Assembly (NCBI GenBank): GCA_043767805.1 | Contig: JAYUGC010000184.1 | Location: 1-48,315, forward strand | Length of the DNA stretch: 48,315 nucleotides | Direction of reading: 5' to 3' | Source of the DNA: Pseudomonadota bacterium | GTDB lineage: Bacteria > Bdellovibrionota > FAC87 > UBA2466 | Part shown: positions 17,677-26,990 of the stretch, piece by piece | How positions within the stretch are numbered: the first letter of the stretch is position 1 | Layout of the letters: every line of letters starts with the position of its first letter | Program-made: the position numbers and the translations under genes | Notes under the pieces: model-generated | Told to the model about the DNA's origin: nothing | Databases searched by the model: none | Seen by the model: the letters and a program-made list of their open reading frames with translations, nothing else

Positions 17677-18378
17677 TCAACCCTTCGGCCGAGAGAAGGC
17701 CGCCGGCCCGCCTTTGACTAAAAAGGCGCTTTCCGGAGTGCCGGAGATCCAGCCGGCGCGCTCGCCGGCCAGAGCGCAAGCCGCGACAGGGGTCACGCGC
17801 GGGTTTTTCGCTTCCCACGCGAACCAGCTCGGGTGCTCCGACCTAAACGTTTTCACGCGAGGGCCGGCGCCGAAAAAACTAAGGCGCTTATCGACGAAAA
17901 AGCCGTCATAAGGCCACATCTCCGAGGGGTAAGGAAGGCCATCCGTCTCGACCGAGATTTCGAGATCGGGACCCCACCAGTAGCGGCACTTGCCCTCGGA
18001 ACCGTTCTCGCCCGGATTGAACTCCACCTCGGAATCGACTGAAGCGGACTCGGTCCCGAAGCGATTATGGGAGGCAAAAACCGCGGCGAGTGAAGGGAGA
18101 GAGTAAATTTCTTTTAATCGATACACCCCTCGCTCGGCGCCCCGGCGGACGTAGATCTGCCAGCCCACTTTGCGAAACCCCCCGGGGGACAGGAGTGGCA
18201 GGCCGAGCCATTTCGGCTTTAGGCAACGAGCCGCCACCACGGAAACATAAGTGCGGCCTTCGTAGGCGTCGGGAACGAGGGACTCGGGCAGGAGCTTTTG
18301 CAGCTCGGCTGCGGCGACCTCGAAATTCAAATAGGTGAGAAACCGCCATTCCCCGGCGGCCCACGGAGGCATTTGCAT
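17677..18378 (-). CDS. DUF2071 (YqjF-like) protein
   Basis: WRFL.YLNFEV....LQ.LLP..L..D.YEG..YVSVVA, YVRRG..RGV, EHP.W; start ATG 18378. Confidence 0.8.
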   Translation of the reverse strand: MQMPPWAAGEWRFLTYLNFEVAAAELQKLLPESLVPDAYEGRTYVSVVAARCLKPKWLGLPLLSPGGFRKVGWQIYVRRGAERGVYRLKEIYSLPSLAAVFASHNRFGTESASVDSEVEFNPGENGSEGKCRYWWGPDLEISVETDGLPYPSEMWPYDGFFVDKRLSFFGAGPRVKTFRSEHPSWFAWEAKNPRVTPVAACALAGERAGWISGTPESAFLVKGGPAAFSRPKG

Positions 18379-18453
18379 GGAACGCAACCTACCCGCTTTT
18401 TCGCGCCGTGAGAAGCCGGGCGCGGGGCACCTTGTTATAGTGGGTTTCTCTTC

Positions 18454-19833
18454 ATGCTACGCACGCTAAGACGGCCCGGCCTTTGGGTGTTTATTCTCAG
18501 CGTCTTCCTATTGTGTTTCCGGCCGGCCGCCGCTTTTCGCACCAGCTGGGGCGGGCACGACGATGATTGCTACAAAGCGTGGCTGATGACCAGTCTGGGA
18601 GCGCCCTCGCCGCTTTGCCATTCGGGCTCCTATTTGCCGGGAATCGCGCTCCTTTGGCTGCCGTCGGCGCTCTTCGCTTTGGCCTACCACGCTCTCGGTT
18701 ACGCCGAGCTTTTCGCGACGGTGGCGGTGGGCGTGGGCCTGACGTCGTTTGCCGCTTGGGCGGTGGGCGTTTGGGCCATCGTGGCGCTCCTCGAAAAGGA
18801 AGGAGAAGAGCGGCCGCTCCTTCTCGGCGCGGTTTTTTCGCTAGCGGTACCCGTTCTCTATTACGCCACGTCGCGCACGGCGCTCGCTCACGCGGGAGAG
18901 TTCTGCTTGGGCGCCTTGGCGCTTTACGCGCTTCGCGCCGGGCGCACGGGTCTTTCGATCGCACTCGCCGTGTGGCTTGCCGCGACTCGTTTGAACGACG
19001 TTCCTTTCCTGCTCGTGATTGCGGGATCGCTTGCCGATGAAGGCCGCTTAAAGGGCTTAGGCCAATGGCGCCGGCGCGGACTCGTGTGGGCGGGCTTCGC
19101 CGCGATCGCGGTGTTTGCGGCGGTCTTTCTTTTCGATCTGATTTTCGTCTCGGGCTACAACCGCGTGCCCTTAGTCTGGCATCTCTTTCGTTTTCGTTTC
19201 GAGCGGGTATTCGAAGTCCTCTACGGTTCCGATTGGGGACTGCTTTGGACGGGAGCGTTTTGGCTGTTTTGTTGGATTGGGGGTTTGGCGCGGTGGCGCG
19301 AGCTCACCTGGGCCGCGCGCGCTTCAGTCTTGTGGATGACTTCGCTTTTCGCTTTCTGCTGCTTGTGGCCGGGTAACGGCAGCGACTTCGCTTACCGCTA
19401 TTTAGTGGGATCCTATTTCGGCGCGCTGATCCTCTGGCGTGAATGGAAACCCTCGGCTTTCGTGAAACGCCTGGGCTACGCGGTTCTCGGATTGAATGCG
19501 TTTTGGCTGACCTATTTGACCCTCGCCTATTTCTCACGGCCGAGACTCCGCCCTCACCGCAGCTGGATCGGCTGGATTTCGCCAGGTCTACAAATCGAAG
19601 CCGTCGACGCTTTTCGCGACGTGACTACCTATCTCATGGCGTTTTGGCGATCCGCATTGGGAATCACCGTTTCCTTTTTCACGCGCGATACGGCGGCTCC
19701 GCCCGATTTCGCCTTGGCGAGCGACATGATTTCGGATCAGCGCTTGAAGCTCACCGTGGGACTCACCTTGGCGGCCCTCGCGCTTCTCGGAGGCCTAGTG
19801 CCCTTTCTTTTCAAAAAGGAGACTCGTGGCTAA
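18454..19833 (+). CDS. Polytopic membrane protein, probable GT-C glycosyltransferase (paralog 1)
   Basis: About 11 TM; acidic GGHDDD in the first outside loop; Y.PG.ALLW.P, LYYA..RT...HA.EF, R.N, GSDWGL.W, GNGSDFAYRYL. Confidence 0.7.
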   Translation: MLRTLRRPGLWVFILSVFLLCFRPAAAFRTSWGGHDDDCYKAWLMTSLGAPSPLCHSGSYLPGIALLWLPSALFALAYHALGYAELFATVAVGVGLTSFAAWAVGVWAIVALLEKEGEERPLLLGAVFSLAVPVLYYATSRTALAHAGEFCLGALALYALRAGRTGLSIALAVWLAATRLNDVPFLLVIAGSLADEGRLKGLGQWRRRGLVWAGFAAIAVFAAVFLFDLIFVSGYNRVPLVWHLFRFRFERVFEVLYGSDWGLLWTGAFWLFCWIGGLARWRELTWAARASVLWMTSLFAFCCLWPGNGSDFAYRYLVGSYFGALILWREWKPSAFVKRLGYAVLGLNAFWLTYLTLAYFSRPRLRPHRSWIGWISPGLQIEAVDAFRDVTTYLMAFWRSALGITVSFFTRDTAAPPDFALASDMISDQRLKLTVGLTLAALALLGGLVPFLFKKETRG

Positions 19834-21238
19834 CGCTTTCCTCCTGCAGGCCATCGCCAACCTTTGCTCGATCTTCTTAGGATTGATCTTGCCGCGCTGG
19901 CTGCCCGAAGAAACGCTGAGCCAGTACCTGCTGGCCAACACCGTTTTACAGACGGGAATTCTCCTCGCGGTGCTTGGCACGAAGCAAACCCTCGAACGGT
20001 CGTACGGCCCGTGGCTTCGCAGCAGTGACGAGCGGGCGGGCGGTTTCTTCGCCGCGCTTCTGGCCGGCCGCGCCGCCACCACGCTCCTCGGCGCGGCCAT
20101 CGTACTCGCTCTCGCGACGAGCTTTCGCGCGTCCGGATTGCCGCAAGTCGTGTTTCCGCTTCTCATCGCTCTCGTCTTAGTTCGCTCGATCGGCGAATTG
20201 CCCTTCCATTTGAAGTTGAGCCTGGGAGAGCGAACGGCGGGAGCGTGGCCGCAAAGCGTACGCTTCGCGCTGCGCGTTCCCGCGGTTCTGCTGGGATTCA
20301 GGCTCGATGGATTACGCGGAATTTTCCTCGCCGCTCTCGTGGTGGAGCTTGGGCTAGCTATTTCTGGCTGGGTGCGTGCGCGAAAATCCGTGCGTTGGAA
20401 GTGGCAAGGCCTTTCGCCGGAGGGAATGAAGCGGGAGTGGCGTTTTACCGGCGATATCGCGACCTATTCGATCCTGGTGATCTGTCTTAACGGACTCGGC
20501 CCGTGGGTCGCCGCCTGGCTTCGGCTGCCCCCAAAAGAGATCATCGATTTCACCATGTCCTGGCAGCTCGCGCTTCAATTTCTTCAGTTGCATTACGTGG
20601 CCCAGCAAGCGGCCGTTCCGGTACTCGCCCATACGTTGGAGAAGGGAGAGCCGGCGAGCTTTCAAGACGGCGTGGATACTCAAGCGCGGGCGACCTGGAT
20701 TGTGGTCTCGACGGTAACGGGGTTCGCGGCCCTGCTCGCGAAGCCTCTCGTCCTCTGGGCTTATGGACCCGAGCGTGCGGGACTCGTCTTTCCGCTCACC
20801 GTTTGTTTCGCCGCGGTTTCGGCCTGGGCGATGATGAGTGTTTTTCTTCACGCTCTCTTCGCGGCCCATCAGGCCCGGCCGACCGCCGCCATTCACGCCG
20901 CAATGCTCGGGCTAACCGCGGCGGGCTTCGCGCTCTTCGCCCCAAAGTTCGGCGTCGACTCCCTGTCCCTCGTGTACGCCGTCGTGTGCTTGGCCGGCTG
21001 GCTCGCGGGGCTGCTGGTTTACAAGAAACACTTGAGTTGCCCTTTGGCGCTACCGACGCTAATCCGCATCGCACTCTCCCTAGGATACGGGCTCGTCGGT
21101 TACGGCACGGCTCGGTTCTTTCCGCCCGCGGCGGGCTTGATCATCTTTCTTCTCATCCACGGCCTCGGCGTCGCCATCGCGGGACTTTTGAAGAACGCGC
21201 GGGGCACGGCGTTGGTCAGCTCCCTCAGAACGGCATAA
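19826..21238 (+). CDS. Wzx/MATE-like lipid-linked oligosaccharide flippase
   Basis: 12-14 TM; ILPRWL, RSYGP, PLVLWAYG; overlaps the upstream gene within a glycosylation operon. Confidence 0.7.
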   Translation: MANAFLLQAIANLCSIFLGLILPRWLPEETLSQYLLANTVLQTGILLAVLGTKQTLERSYGPWLRSSDERAGGFFAALLAGRAATTLLGAAIVLALATSFRASGLPQVVFPLLIALVLVRSIGELPFHLKLSLGERTAGAWPQSVRFALRVPAVLLGFRLDGLRGIFLAALVVELGLAISGWVRARKSVRWKWQGLSPEGMKREWRFTGDIATYSILVICLNGLGPWVAAWLRLPPKEIIDFTMSWQLALQFLQLHYVAQQAAVPVLAHTLEKGEPASFQDGVDTQARATWIVVSTVTGFAALLAKPLVLWAYGPERAGLVFPLTVCFAAVSAWAMMSVFLHALFAAHQARPTAAIHAAMLGLTAAGFALFAPKFGVDSLSLVYAVVCLAGWLAGLLVYKKHLSCPLALPTLIRIALSLGYGLVGYGTARFFPPAAGLIIFLLIHGLGVAIAGLLKNARGTALVSSLRTA

Positions 21239-21297
21239 AAACTAACCGGCGCTGATTCGACAATCCGGGATACGAGGGATAAACTTTTTCCAATTCC

Positions 21298-22215
21298 GTG
21301 AAAGTCATCATTCAAGTCCCGTGCTTTAACGAGGAGGAAACCCTACCGGTCACACTGGCCGCCCTTCCTCGCCGATTGCCGGGCGTCGACCAGGTCGAAT
21401 GGCTGGTCATCGACGACGGCTCGACCGATCGCACGGCCGCCATCGCCCTGGCTTGGGGAGTCGATCACGTCCTGGTACTCCCCCGGCACACGGGACTCGC
21501 CGCGGCCTTCAAAGCCGGCCTCGAAGCTTGTCTCCAGCACGGCGCCGACGTCATCGTCAATACGGACGCCGACAACCAGTACTGCGCGAGCGACATGGAA
21601 AAGATCCTCTCCCCGCTCTTGGCCGGACGCGTCGATCTGGTCGTCGGCGCGCGGCCCTTGCGCACTATCGTTCACTTTTCGCTCACGAAGCGATGGCTGC
21701 AGATTGTAGGCAGCTGGGTCGTCTGCCGTTTTAGCGGCGTTGACATACCCGACACCCGAAGCGGCTTCCGCGCCCTGAGCCGGGAACTCGCCGGTCGTCT
21801 GGAGATCTTCAGCCGCTATACCTATACTTTGGAAACTTTGATTCAGGCCGGGCATGAAGGCTACCGGGTCGAAAGCGTTCCTATCCGCACCAATCCCGAT
21901 TTGCGCCCGTCCCGGCTCATCCGCAACATCCCGACGGATCTTTGGCGCTCCGGCATCACCATTTTATCGGCGTATTTTAGATACAACCCGCTCGTCGCGT
22001 TTACCGCTCTCGGCGTATTTTTAGCAGTGGCAAGCCTCTTCCTCGGCAATACGGCCGCGGCTCCCGTACTTCTCGCAGGGATGGCGGGACTCGGCTATCT
22101 CTCACACCTTCTCGAGAGAAACCGCCGGCTCTTACGCGGCCTGAGGCCGCCGCTTCCCAGAGTTGAAACCGTGAAAGTGGCCGAGCCGCGCTTTCGCCTC
22201 ATTTCTCAAACATGA
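21298..22215 (+). CDS. GT2 polyprenol-phosphate glycosyltransferase (DPM1/GtrB-like)
   Basis: IQVPCFNEE, IDDGSTD, VNTDADNQY, DLVVGAR, D..SGFRA, C-terminal TM pair. Confidence 0.9.
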   Translation: MKVIIQVPCFNEEETLPVTLAALPRRLPGVDQVEWLVIDDGSTDRTAAIALAWGVDHVLVLPRHTGLAAAFKAGLEACLQHGADVIVNTDADNQYCASDMEKILSPLLAGRVDLVVGARPLRTIVHFSLTKRWLQIVGSWVVCRFSGVDIPDTRSGFRALSRELAGRLEIFSRYTYTLETLIQAGHEGYRVESVPIRTNPDLRPSRLIRNIPTDLWRSGITILSAYFRYNPLVAFTALGVFLAVASLFLGNTAAAPVLLAGMAGLGYLSHLLERNRRLLRGLRPPLPRVETVKVAEPRFRLISQT

Positions 22216-23528
22216 GCGCGCCGCGGATTTTGGGAATCACCGCGTGCCTCGCGTTCCTTCTCTTCTTTCGATGCCAGTTCGCGTTCTCGGCTTTCGGCAG
22301 TCTTGATCCGCATTGTTACCTGGAGCATCTCTATCGCCTGCTGGGTCAGCCGACGGAGAGCTGCCCTTCGCGATCTTTTTTGCCGGGCACGGCTCTGCTT
22401 TGGGCCCCCGGCGGTTTCCTGGCGGTTCTCGTCGCTAAAATTACGGGCGCGGGAGTGGACCATCTGATTCGGCTCTCGGTTGGTTTCTCGTCGTTTTTTC
22501 TTTGGGTGGGCTCGCTCTTTCTCGTGCACGCGACTCTCAACTCGACACGCAAAGTGAGCGCCTGGACGAGCGTCGCGTGGGTATTACTGGTTCCCGTCCT
22601 CTATTACGCCGCGGTTAGGACGACGCTATCGCACGCGGCGGAATTTTTTCTGGCGTGCCTCACGGCCTGGGCCATCGTGAAAGACAGACAGTTCCCGGCG
22701 CTCACTGCTGCGGCCGTCCTTTGCTTCGTTCGCTACAACTCACTCCCCTGGCTTTTTATCGTCGGAGCGGCGGCTTTCGCGCTCGAACGGCGGCGATCCT
22801 GGTGGGCGCTTTGGGGAGCCTCCGTCCTCATCTTTGGCGGGCACGCGCTGAGAATCGGCTTCGGCCAAGGCTACAACGAAGTCACGCTTCCGTTTCTCGC
22901 CCATGCGGCCCGGTGGTCACGGGCCGGCGAAGTCTTATTCGGCTCCGACTGGGGACTTTTCTGGATGAGCCCTTGGTGGCTCATGGTCCTGGTCGCGGGA
23001 GCGCTTTGCCTGCGTCGGCTTTCTCTGCGAGAGATAGCCTGCTGGCTCGCGATGGGCGTGAATCTGATCCTGTGCATCAGCTGGCGCGGTAACGGAAGTG
23101 ACTTTGGCTATCGCTATCTCATTGGCACCTACCCGGCGGCCCTTCTGCTCTGGATGTCGCTCGAACCCAAGTTGCCGTCCTGGCGCGCCCTCTCCCGAGG
23201 CGCGGCGCTTTGGGGCGCGGTCTGGACGACGTATCTTACTTGGCTCTATCGCACCCAGAGCGCGTTCACGCCGACCCATTTGACCGACGATTGGGGAGCG
23301 GTGTTGCCCGCTTTCCAGGAGCACGCCCTCGAAGCGCTCCTCAATCCGCGGGTTCTCTTCGCCCCCTTTCAGAAAGTGCCGGCGGCCGCCCTTTGGTGCG
23401 GCTGGCGAGCGTGCGAGTCCCTACCGGCCTCGCTTTTCGGCGCGCAGTGGTGGGCGACGGCACTCGCTCTCAGCGGAGCACTGATTTTTCTGGCTTGGCG
23501 GAGCGATCGTTCCAGACTCCCGGAATGA
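22212..23528 (+). CDS. Probable GT-C glycosyltransferase (paralog 2)
   Basis: Shares LPG.ALLW.P, VPVLYYA..RT.L.HA.EF, GYN.V.L, EVL.GSDWGL.W, W.GNGSDF.YRYL.G.Y and W.TYLT with 18454-19833. Confidence 0.7.
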   Translation: MSAPRILGITACLAFLLFFRCQFAFSAFGSLDPHCYLEHLYRLLGQPTESCPSRSFLPGTALLWAPGGFLAVLVAKITGAGVDHLIRLSVGFSSFFLWVGSLFLVHATLNSTRKVSAWTSVAWVLLVPVLYYAAVRTTLSHAAEFFLACLTAWAIVKDRQFPALTAAAVLCFVRYNSLPWLFIVGAAAFALERRRSWWALWGASVLIFGGHALRIGFGQGYNEVTLPFLAHAARWSRAGEVLFGSDWGLFWMSPWWLMVLVAGALCLRRLSLREIACWLAMGVNLILCISWRGNGSDFGYRYLIGTYPAALLLWMSLEPKLPSWRALSRGAALWGAVWTTYLTWLYRTQSAFTPTHLTDDWGAVLPAFQEHALEALLNPRVLFAPFQKVPAAALWCGWRACESLPASLFGAQWWATALALSGALIFLAWRSDRSRLPE

Positions 23529-24573
23529 CCTTGCCACAGTCGGGGCAGGCGCCGTTCACCAGGCGATTCGTGATGGCATGGAACCCTTGCCGGCGAACCA
23601 CGTTCGCGCTACAGCCGGGGCAAAAGGTGCTCTCCCAGTCGCCCACCCGCCCGTGCAAGTTACCGGCGTATACGAAATTCAATCCCGATTCTCGCCCGAT
23701 CTCGGCGGCGCGCAAACAAGAGTCCACGGTCGTGCGATCGCGATCGGTCATTTTGTAATCCGGATGGAACGCGGTGATGTGCCACGGAATGTCCGGTGAG
23801 ACTCCTTTGAGAAAGCGCGTGAGATCCCGGATTTCCCCCTCGCTGTCGTTAAAGCCCGGAATGAGAAGCGTCACGATCTCGAGCCAGAAGCCCGCTTGAT
23901 AAATGCGCCCGATACTCTCGGTCACATTACCCAGCACGCCACCCAATTGCCGGTACGCCTTGTCCCGAAACCCTTTCAAGTCGACTTTGTAGAAATCGAC
24001 GAGCGGACGGATGTACTCGAGCACTTCCGGCGTGGCGTTTCCGTTTGAGACGTACGACGTCCAAAGGCCCCGCGCTTTGGCTTTCTCGAAAATCGCCATG
24101 GCCCACTCACTCGTGATCAGGGGCTCGTTGTAAGTGCTGGTCATCACCCGGGCACCGTGCAGCTCGGCGAGCGCGACCAGTGCTTCGGGAGTCACGGTGC
24201 GCGGCTGTGCCGACGCATCGAGATCGCGCAAGGACTGGGAGGTCATCCAGTTTTGGCAGTAGGCGCAGTGAAAATCACACCCCAGCATTCCGAAGCTCAA
24301 CGACTGCGCGCCGGGCAGCGCATGAAAGAAGGGCTTCTTCTCGATGGGATCCACCTGGATTCCCGCCGCGTAGCCCCAAGGCACGCGGAGCTCCCCTCCG
24401 ACGTTACTGCGCACTTTGCAGATGCCGTCGAACCCCTCGGGAATGCGGCAACGGTGCCCGCAGGCAACGCAGCGAATCAGGCCATTGTCCAATGGCTCCC
24501 AGAGCTTGCCGCGGGTAGTCCTTCCCAGAAGTTCCGCTCTCAGCCGTGGATTGACCGAAGGCCTTTCGCTCAT
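23470..24573 (-). CDS. amrS: AmmeMemoRadiSam-system radical SAM enzyme
   Basis: C..C.H.C N-terminal cluster, DPIEKKPFFH..PG, GCDFHCAYCQNW, TYNEP, PWHITAFHPDYKM, C-terminal CPGC/CPDC; start ATG 24573. Confidence 0.93.
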   Translation of the reverse strand: MSERPSVNPRLRAELLGRTTRGKLWEPLDNGLIRCVACGHRCRIPEGFDGICKVRSNVGGELRVPWGYAAGIQVDPIEKKPFFHALPGAQSLSFGMLGCDFHCAYCQNWMTSQSLRDLDASAQPRTVTPEALVALAELHGARVMTSTYNEPLITSEWAMAIFEKAKARGLWTSYVSNGNATPEVLEYIRPLVDFYKVDLKGFRDKAYRQLGGVLGNVTESIGRIYQAGFWLEIVTLLIPGFNDSEGEIRDLTRFLKGVSPDIPWHITAFHPDYKMTDRDRTTVDSCLRAAEIGRESGLNFVYAGNLHGRVGDWESTFCPGCSANVVRRQGFHAITNRLVNGACPDCGKVIPGVWNDRSAKPEKSVLR

Positions 24574-24642
24574 GACCAAAACATACACCAAGTGCTTGAG
24601 AAATTGAGCAATCTTACCGATAGGAAATTGAAGAGGTGCACC

Positions 24643-25581
24643 GTGTCCGGTGGGAAAAAGACAAAAGAAGAGAAAATCCAATTCTTCAAAATCGATCCCG
24701 TGGGCGACATCAAGCCGGCCTTTCCCAAAGAAGGCGAGCAAGACGGAACCAACAACACGCGCTCGATCATCGAGCCTCTCGTGGGCTCACTTTCGGAGAG
24801 CACCGATCCGCTAAACGAGCTTGCCGCGTCGGTGGAAGGCAACACCAAACTCGAAGAGCAGATCCACCTCTTAAAGCCCCAAGTCGACGATATTTCCCGC
24901 ATTCCCGATCTCGGGTCCCTCTCCACCGAACAAGTGGAGATCTTACGCAAGTACATCTCACTCAAAGAGACCGAAGTGCGCGACATGCGCGAGCAGAAGC
25001 GCCAGTACCAGACTTTCGTAAAGAAGCTCTCCTCCCAAGTGGAAGAGCTGACCAACCGTAGCCGCGAGCTTGCCACCGAAATCGACGTGGTCCGCCGCCG
25101 GAACGAGTCCATCCAGAGCGAGAACCGCGAGTTGAAGGATAAGTTCAGCGGCGACATGAAAGTTCTCCAGGGCGAGATGGAGGACAAGCTCAAGAAGTCG
25201 GGGCATCACGACGCGCAGATGGATAGCCTTTCCCGCGAGCAGCAGGAATGGAAAGCCAAGATCCGCGAGGAACTAAAGCGCATCAAATTGAAAGAGCGCG
25301 AGCTCGAGAACAAGTACGAGCTCTTGAAACGCGATGCTCAGGCCCTGCTCGATTCCAAAGACAAGCACGTTCTCGAGGTGAAGAAAAAGAACGATGCCCT
25401 CGAGCTCGAGATGGAAAGCCTCGAAGAGCGCCTCCGCCGGGGCAATACGATTTTGAACGCGATCGACTCCAAGAAGAAACGCTTGGTCGAGACCATGCGT
25501 CTGGCCATCTCACTCCTAGAAGCGATCGACCAGCTGGACGCGGGCTCGGAAGCCGCCGATGACGAACGGAAGGTGGGCTAG
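24643..25581 (+). CDS. Long coiled-coil protein
   Basis: GTG 24643 with an AAGAGG RBS; heptad-rich E/K/L C-terminal region; coupled to the DGC gene. Confidence 0.8.
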   Translation: MSGGKKTKEEKIQFFKIDPVGDIKPAFPKEGEQDGTNNTRSIIEPLVGSLSESTDPLNELAASVEGNTKLEEQIHLLKPQVDDISRIPDLGSLSTEQVEILRKYISLKETEVRDMREQKRQYQTFVKKLSSQVEELTNRSRELATEIDVVRRRNESIQSENRELKDKFSGDMKVLQGEMEDKLKKSGHHDAQMDSLSREQQEWKAKIREELKRIKLKERELENKYELLKRDAQALLDSKDKHVLEVKKKNDALELEMESLEERLRRGNTILNAIDSKKKRLVETMRLAISLLEAIDQLDAGSEAADDERKVG

Positions 25582-25583
25582 CG

Positions 25584-26990
25584 ATGAGCGATCAGCCCTT
25601 CCCGTTTAGCCCCACGCACGAGACGCCGCGGCCGCAGGTGCTCATGCTGATGAACGATCCCATCCTGGACGGGCTTTATCGCAAGAGCTTGCAGTTCGCC
25701 GACTTCTGTCTGGTATGGTGCGACTCGGTGAAGGATTGGAAAGCCGCCGTTCAGTCCTTCAAGTACGACATCGTCGTGGCCGACCTCGCTTTCTTTAGAA
25801 CGGAAGATCCCGCGACTTGTCTGCAAGAGCTCACGGAACTTGCCACCGAATCGGAAATTCTCGTCCTCAGCGAGGACGAGAACGTGCGGCTCGCCATCGC
25901 CGCGTTTCAGATGGGCATCATCGACTATTTCTTGAAGCCGGTGAACCCGGAGACGCTCCTTTGGGCCATCCAAAAGGCCGTGCAGAAGCGCTCGCTCTCC
26001 ACTTCCAACCAAACGCTTTCCGAGGACATCCGCCTCTTCAACGTGCTCCATCAGCTCTCGGTCGCCGAAAGCGAGCAAAAAAAGCGCGCGATTGCCGTCC
26101 GCAAGCTCATCGAGCTCTTAGGGGCTCGAGGCGGCCTGTGGGTTCGCCCTGGAGAGTCCATCTCGTCGGAGTGCGAGTATTACGTGGGATCCAAAGAAGA
26201 CGGCCAGGCGGCTTTCCTGGATTTCCTCGGCAAGAATCCCGACTGGATCGAAAAGTCGTTCGAGAGCAGCCTCACCAATCACCCCGAGGAGTGGCTCAAG
26301 GGCAGTGACGCCTGGGTCCCCCTCCACGCGACCTGGATGGGCGGCATTTTCATTTATGGGATTGCCCAGGAAGTGTCCCCGGCGCTCAAAGCGCGCGTGG
26401 AGTTTCTGGTGAGAAACCTGGAAAGCTCGCTCGACAACCATTCTCGCTTCGTCAAAGCGCGGCAGCTCTCCTACATCGACGACCTGACTGGCCTTTATAA
26501 CTCTCGCTACCTCGAAGCCGCGGTGACGGCCGCCATCGATCGCTTTGAGAAGACGCGGCAAGGCTTTTCCATTCTCTTTATCGACGTGGATCGCTTCAAA
26601 TCAGTCAACGATACGCACGGGCATCTCGTGGGAAGCCGGTTACTCGTCGAAATAGCCCATCTCTTGAAACGCCTCCTGCGCAAGCCCGACCATCTTTTCC
26701 GTTACGGCGGCGACGAGTTCATCGCCCTTCTCTACGGCGCGGAGCTCACCGAAGCGATGCGCTCCGCCGAGCGCCTGCGCCTGGAGCTCGAAAAGCACCG
26801 CTTCTTGATCCAGAAAGCATCGGTATCGGTCACCTTGAGCATCGGCGTCGCGCGCTTCCCCGATCACGGCACGGAAACGGGCCAGGTCATCCAGCTCGCC
26901 GACGAGGCCATGTACGAAGGCAAGAAGGCCGGCAGAAATTCCGTTTTCCTCGCCCCCCAAAAATCCGCTCTGAAAAAACAGGCCGCATGA
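25584..26990 (+). CDS. Response-regulator diguanylate cyclase (REC-linker-GGDEF)
   Basis: REC DIVVADL...A...G..DYFLKP; DDLTGLYN, DVDRFKSVND..GH..G, RKPD I-site, RYGGDEF. Confidence 0.95.
   Translation: MSDQPFPFSPTHETPRPQVLMLMNDPILDGLYRKSLQFADFCLVWCDSVKDWKAAVQSFKYDIVVADLAFFRTEDPATCLQELTELATESEILVLSEDENVRLAIAAFQMGIIDYFLKPVNPETLLWAIQKAVQKRSLSTSNQTLSEDIRLFNVLHQLSVAESEQKKRAIAVRKLIELLGARGGLWVRPGESISSECEYYVGSKEDGQAAFLDFLGKNPDWIEKSFESSLTNHPEEWLKGSDAWVPLHATWMGGIFIYGIAQEVSPALKARVEFLVRNLESSLDNHSRFVKARQLSYIDDLTGLYNSRYLEAAVTAAIDRFEKTRQGFSILFIDVDRFKSVNDTHGHLVGSRLLVEIAHLLKRLLRKPDHLFRYGGDEFIALLYGAELTEAMRSAERLRLELEKHRFLIQKASVSVTLSIGVARFPDHGTETGQVIQLADEAMYEGKKAGRNSVFLAPQKSALKKQAA

Noticed and set aside
24157..24741. 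Apparent long overlap between the radical SAM and coiled-coil ORFs
   Set aside because: Artefact of longest-ORF calling; the likely starts at 24573 (-) and 24643 (+) give a normal divergent pair
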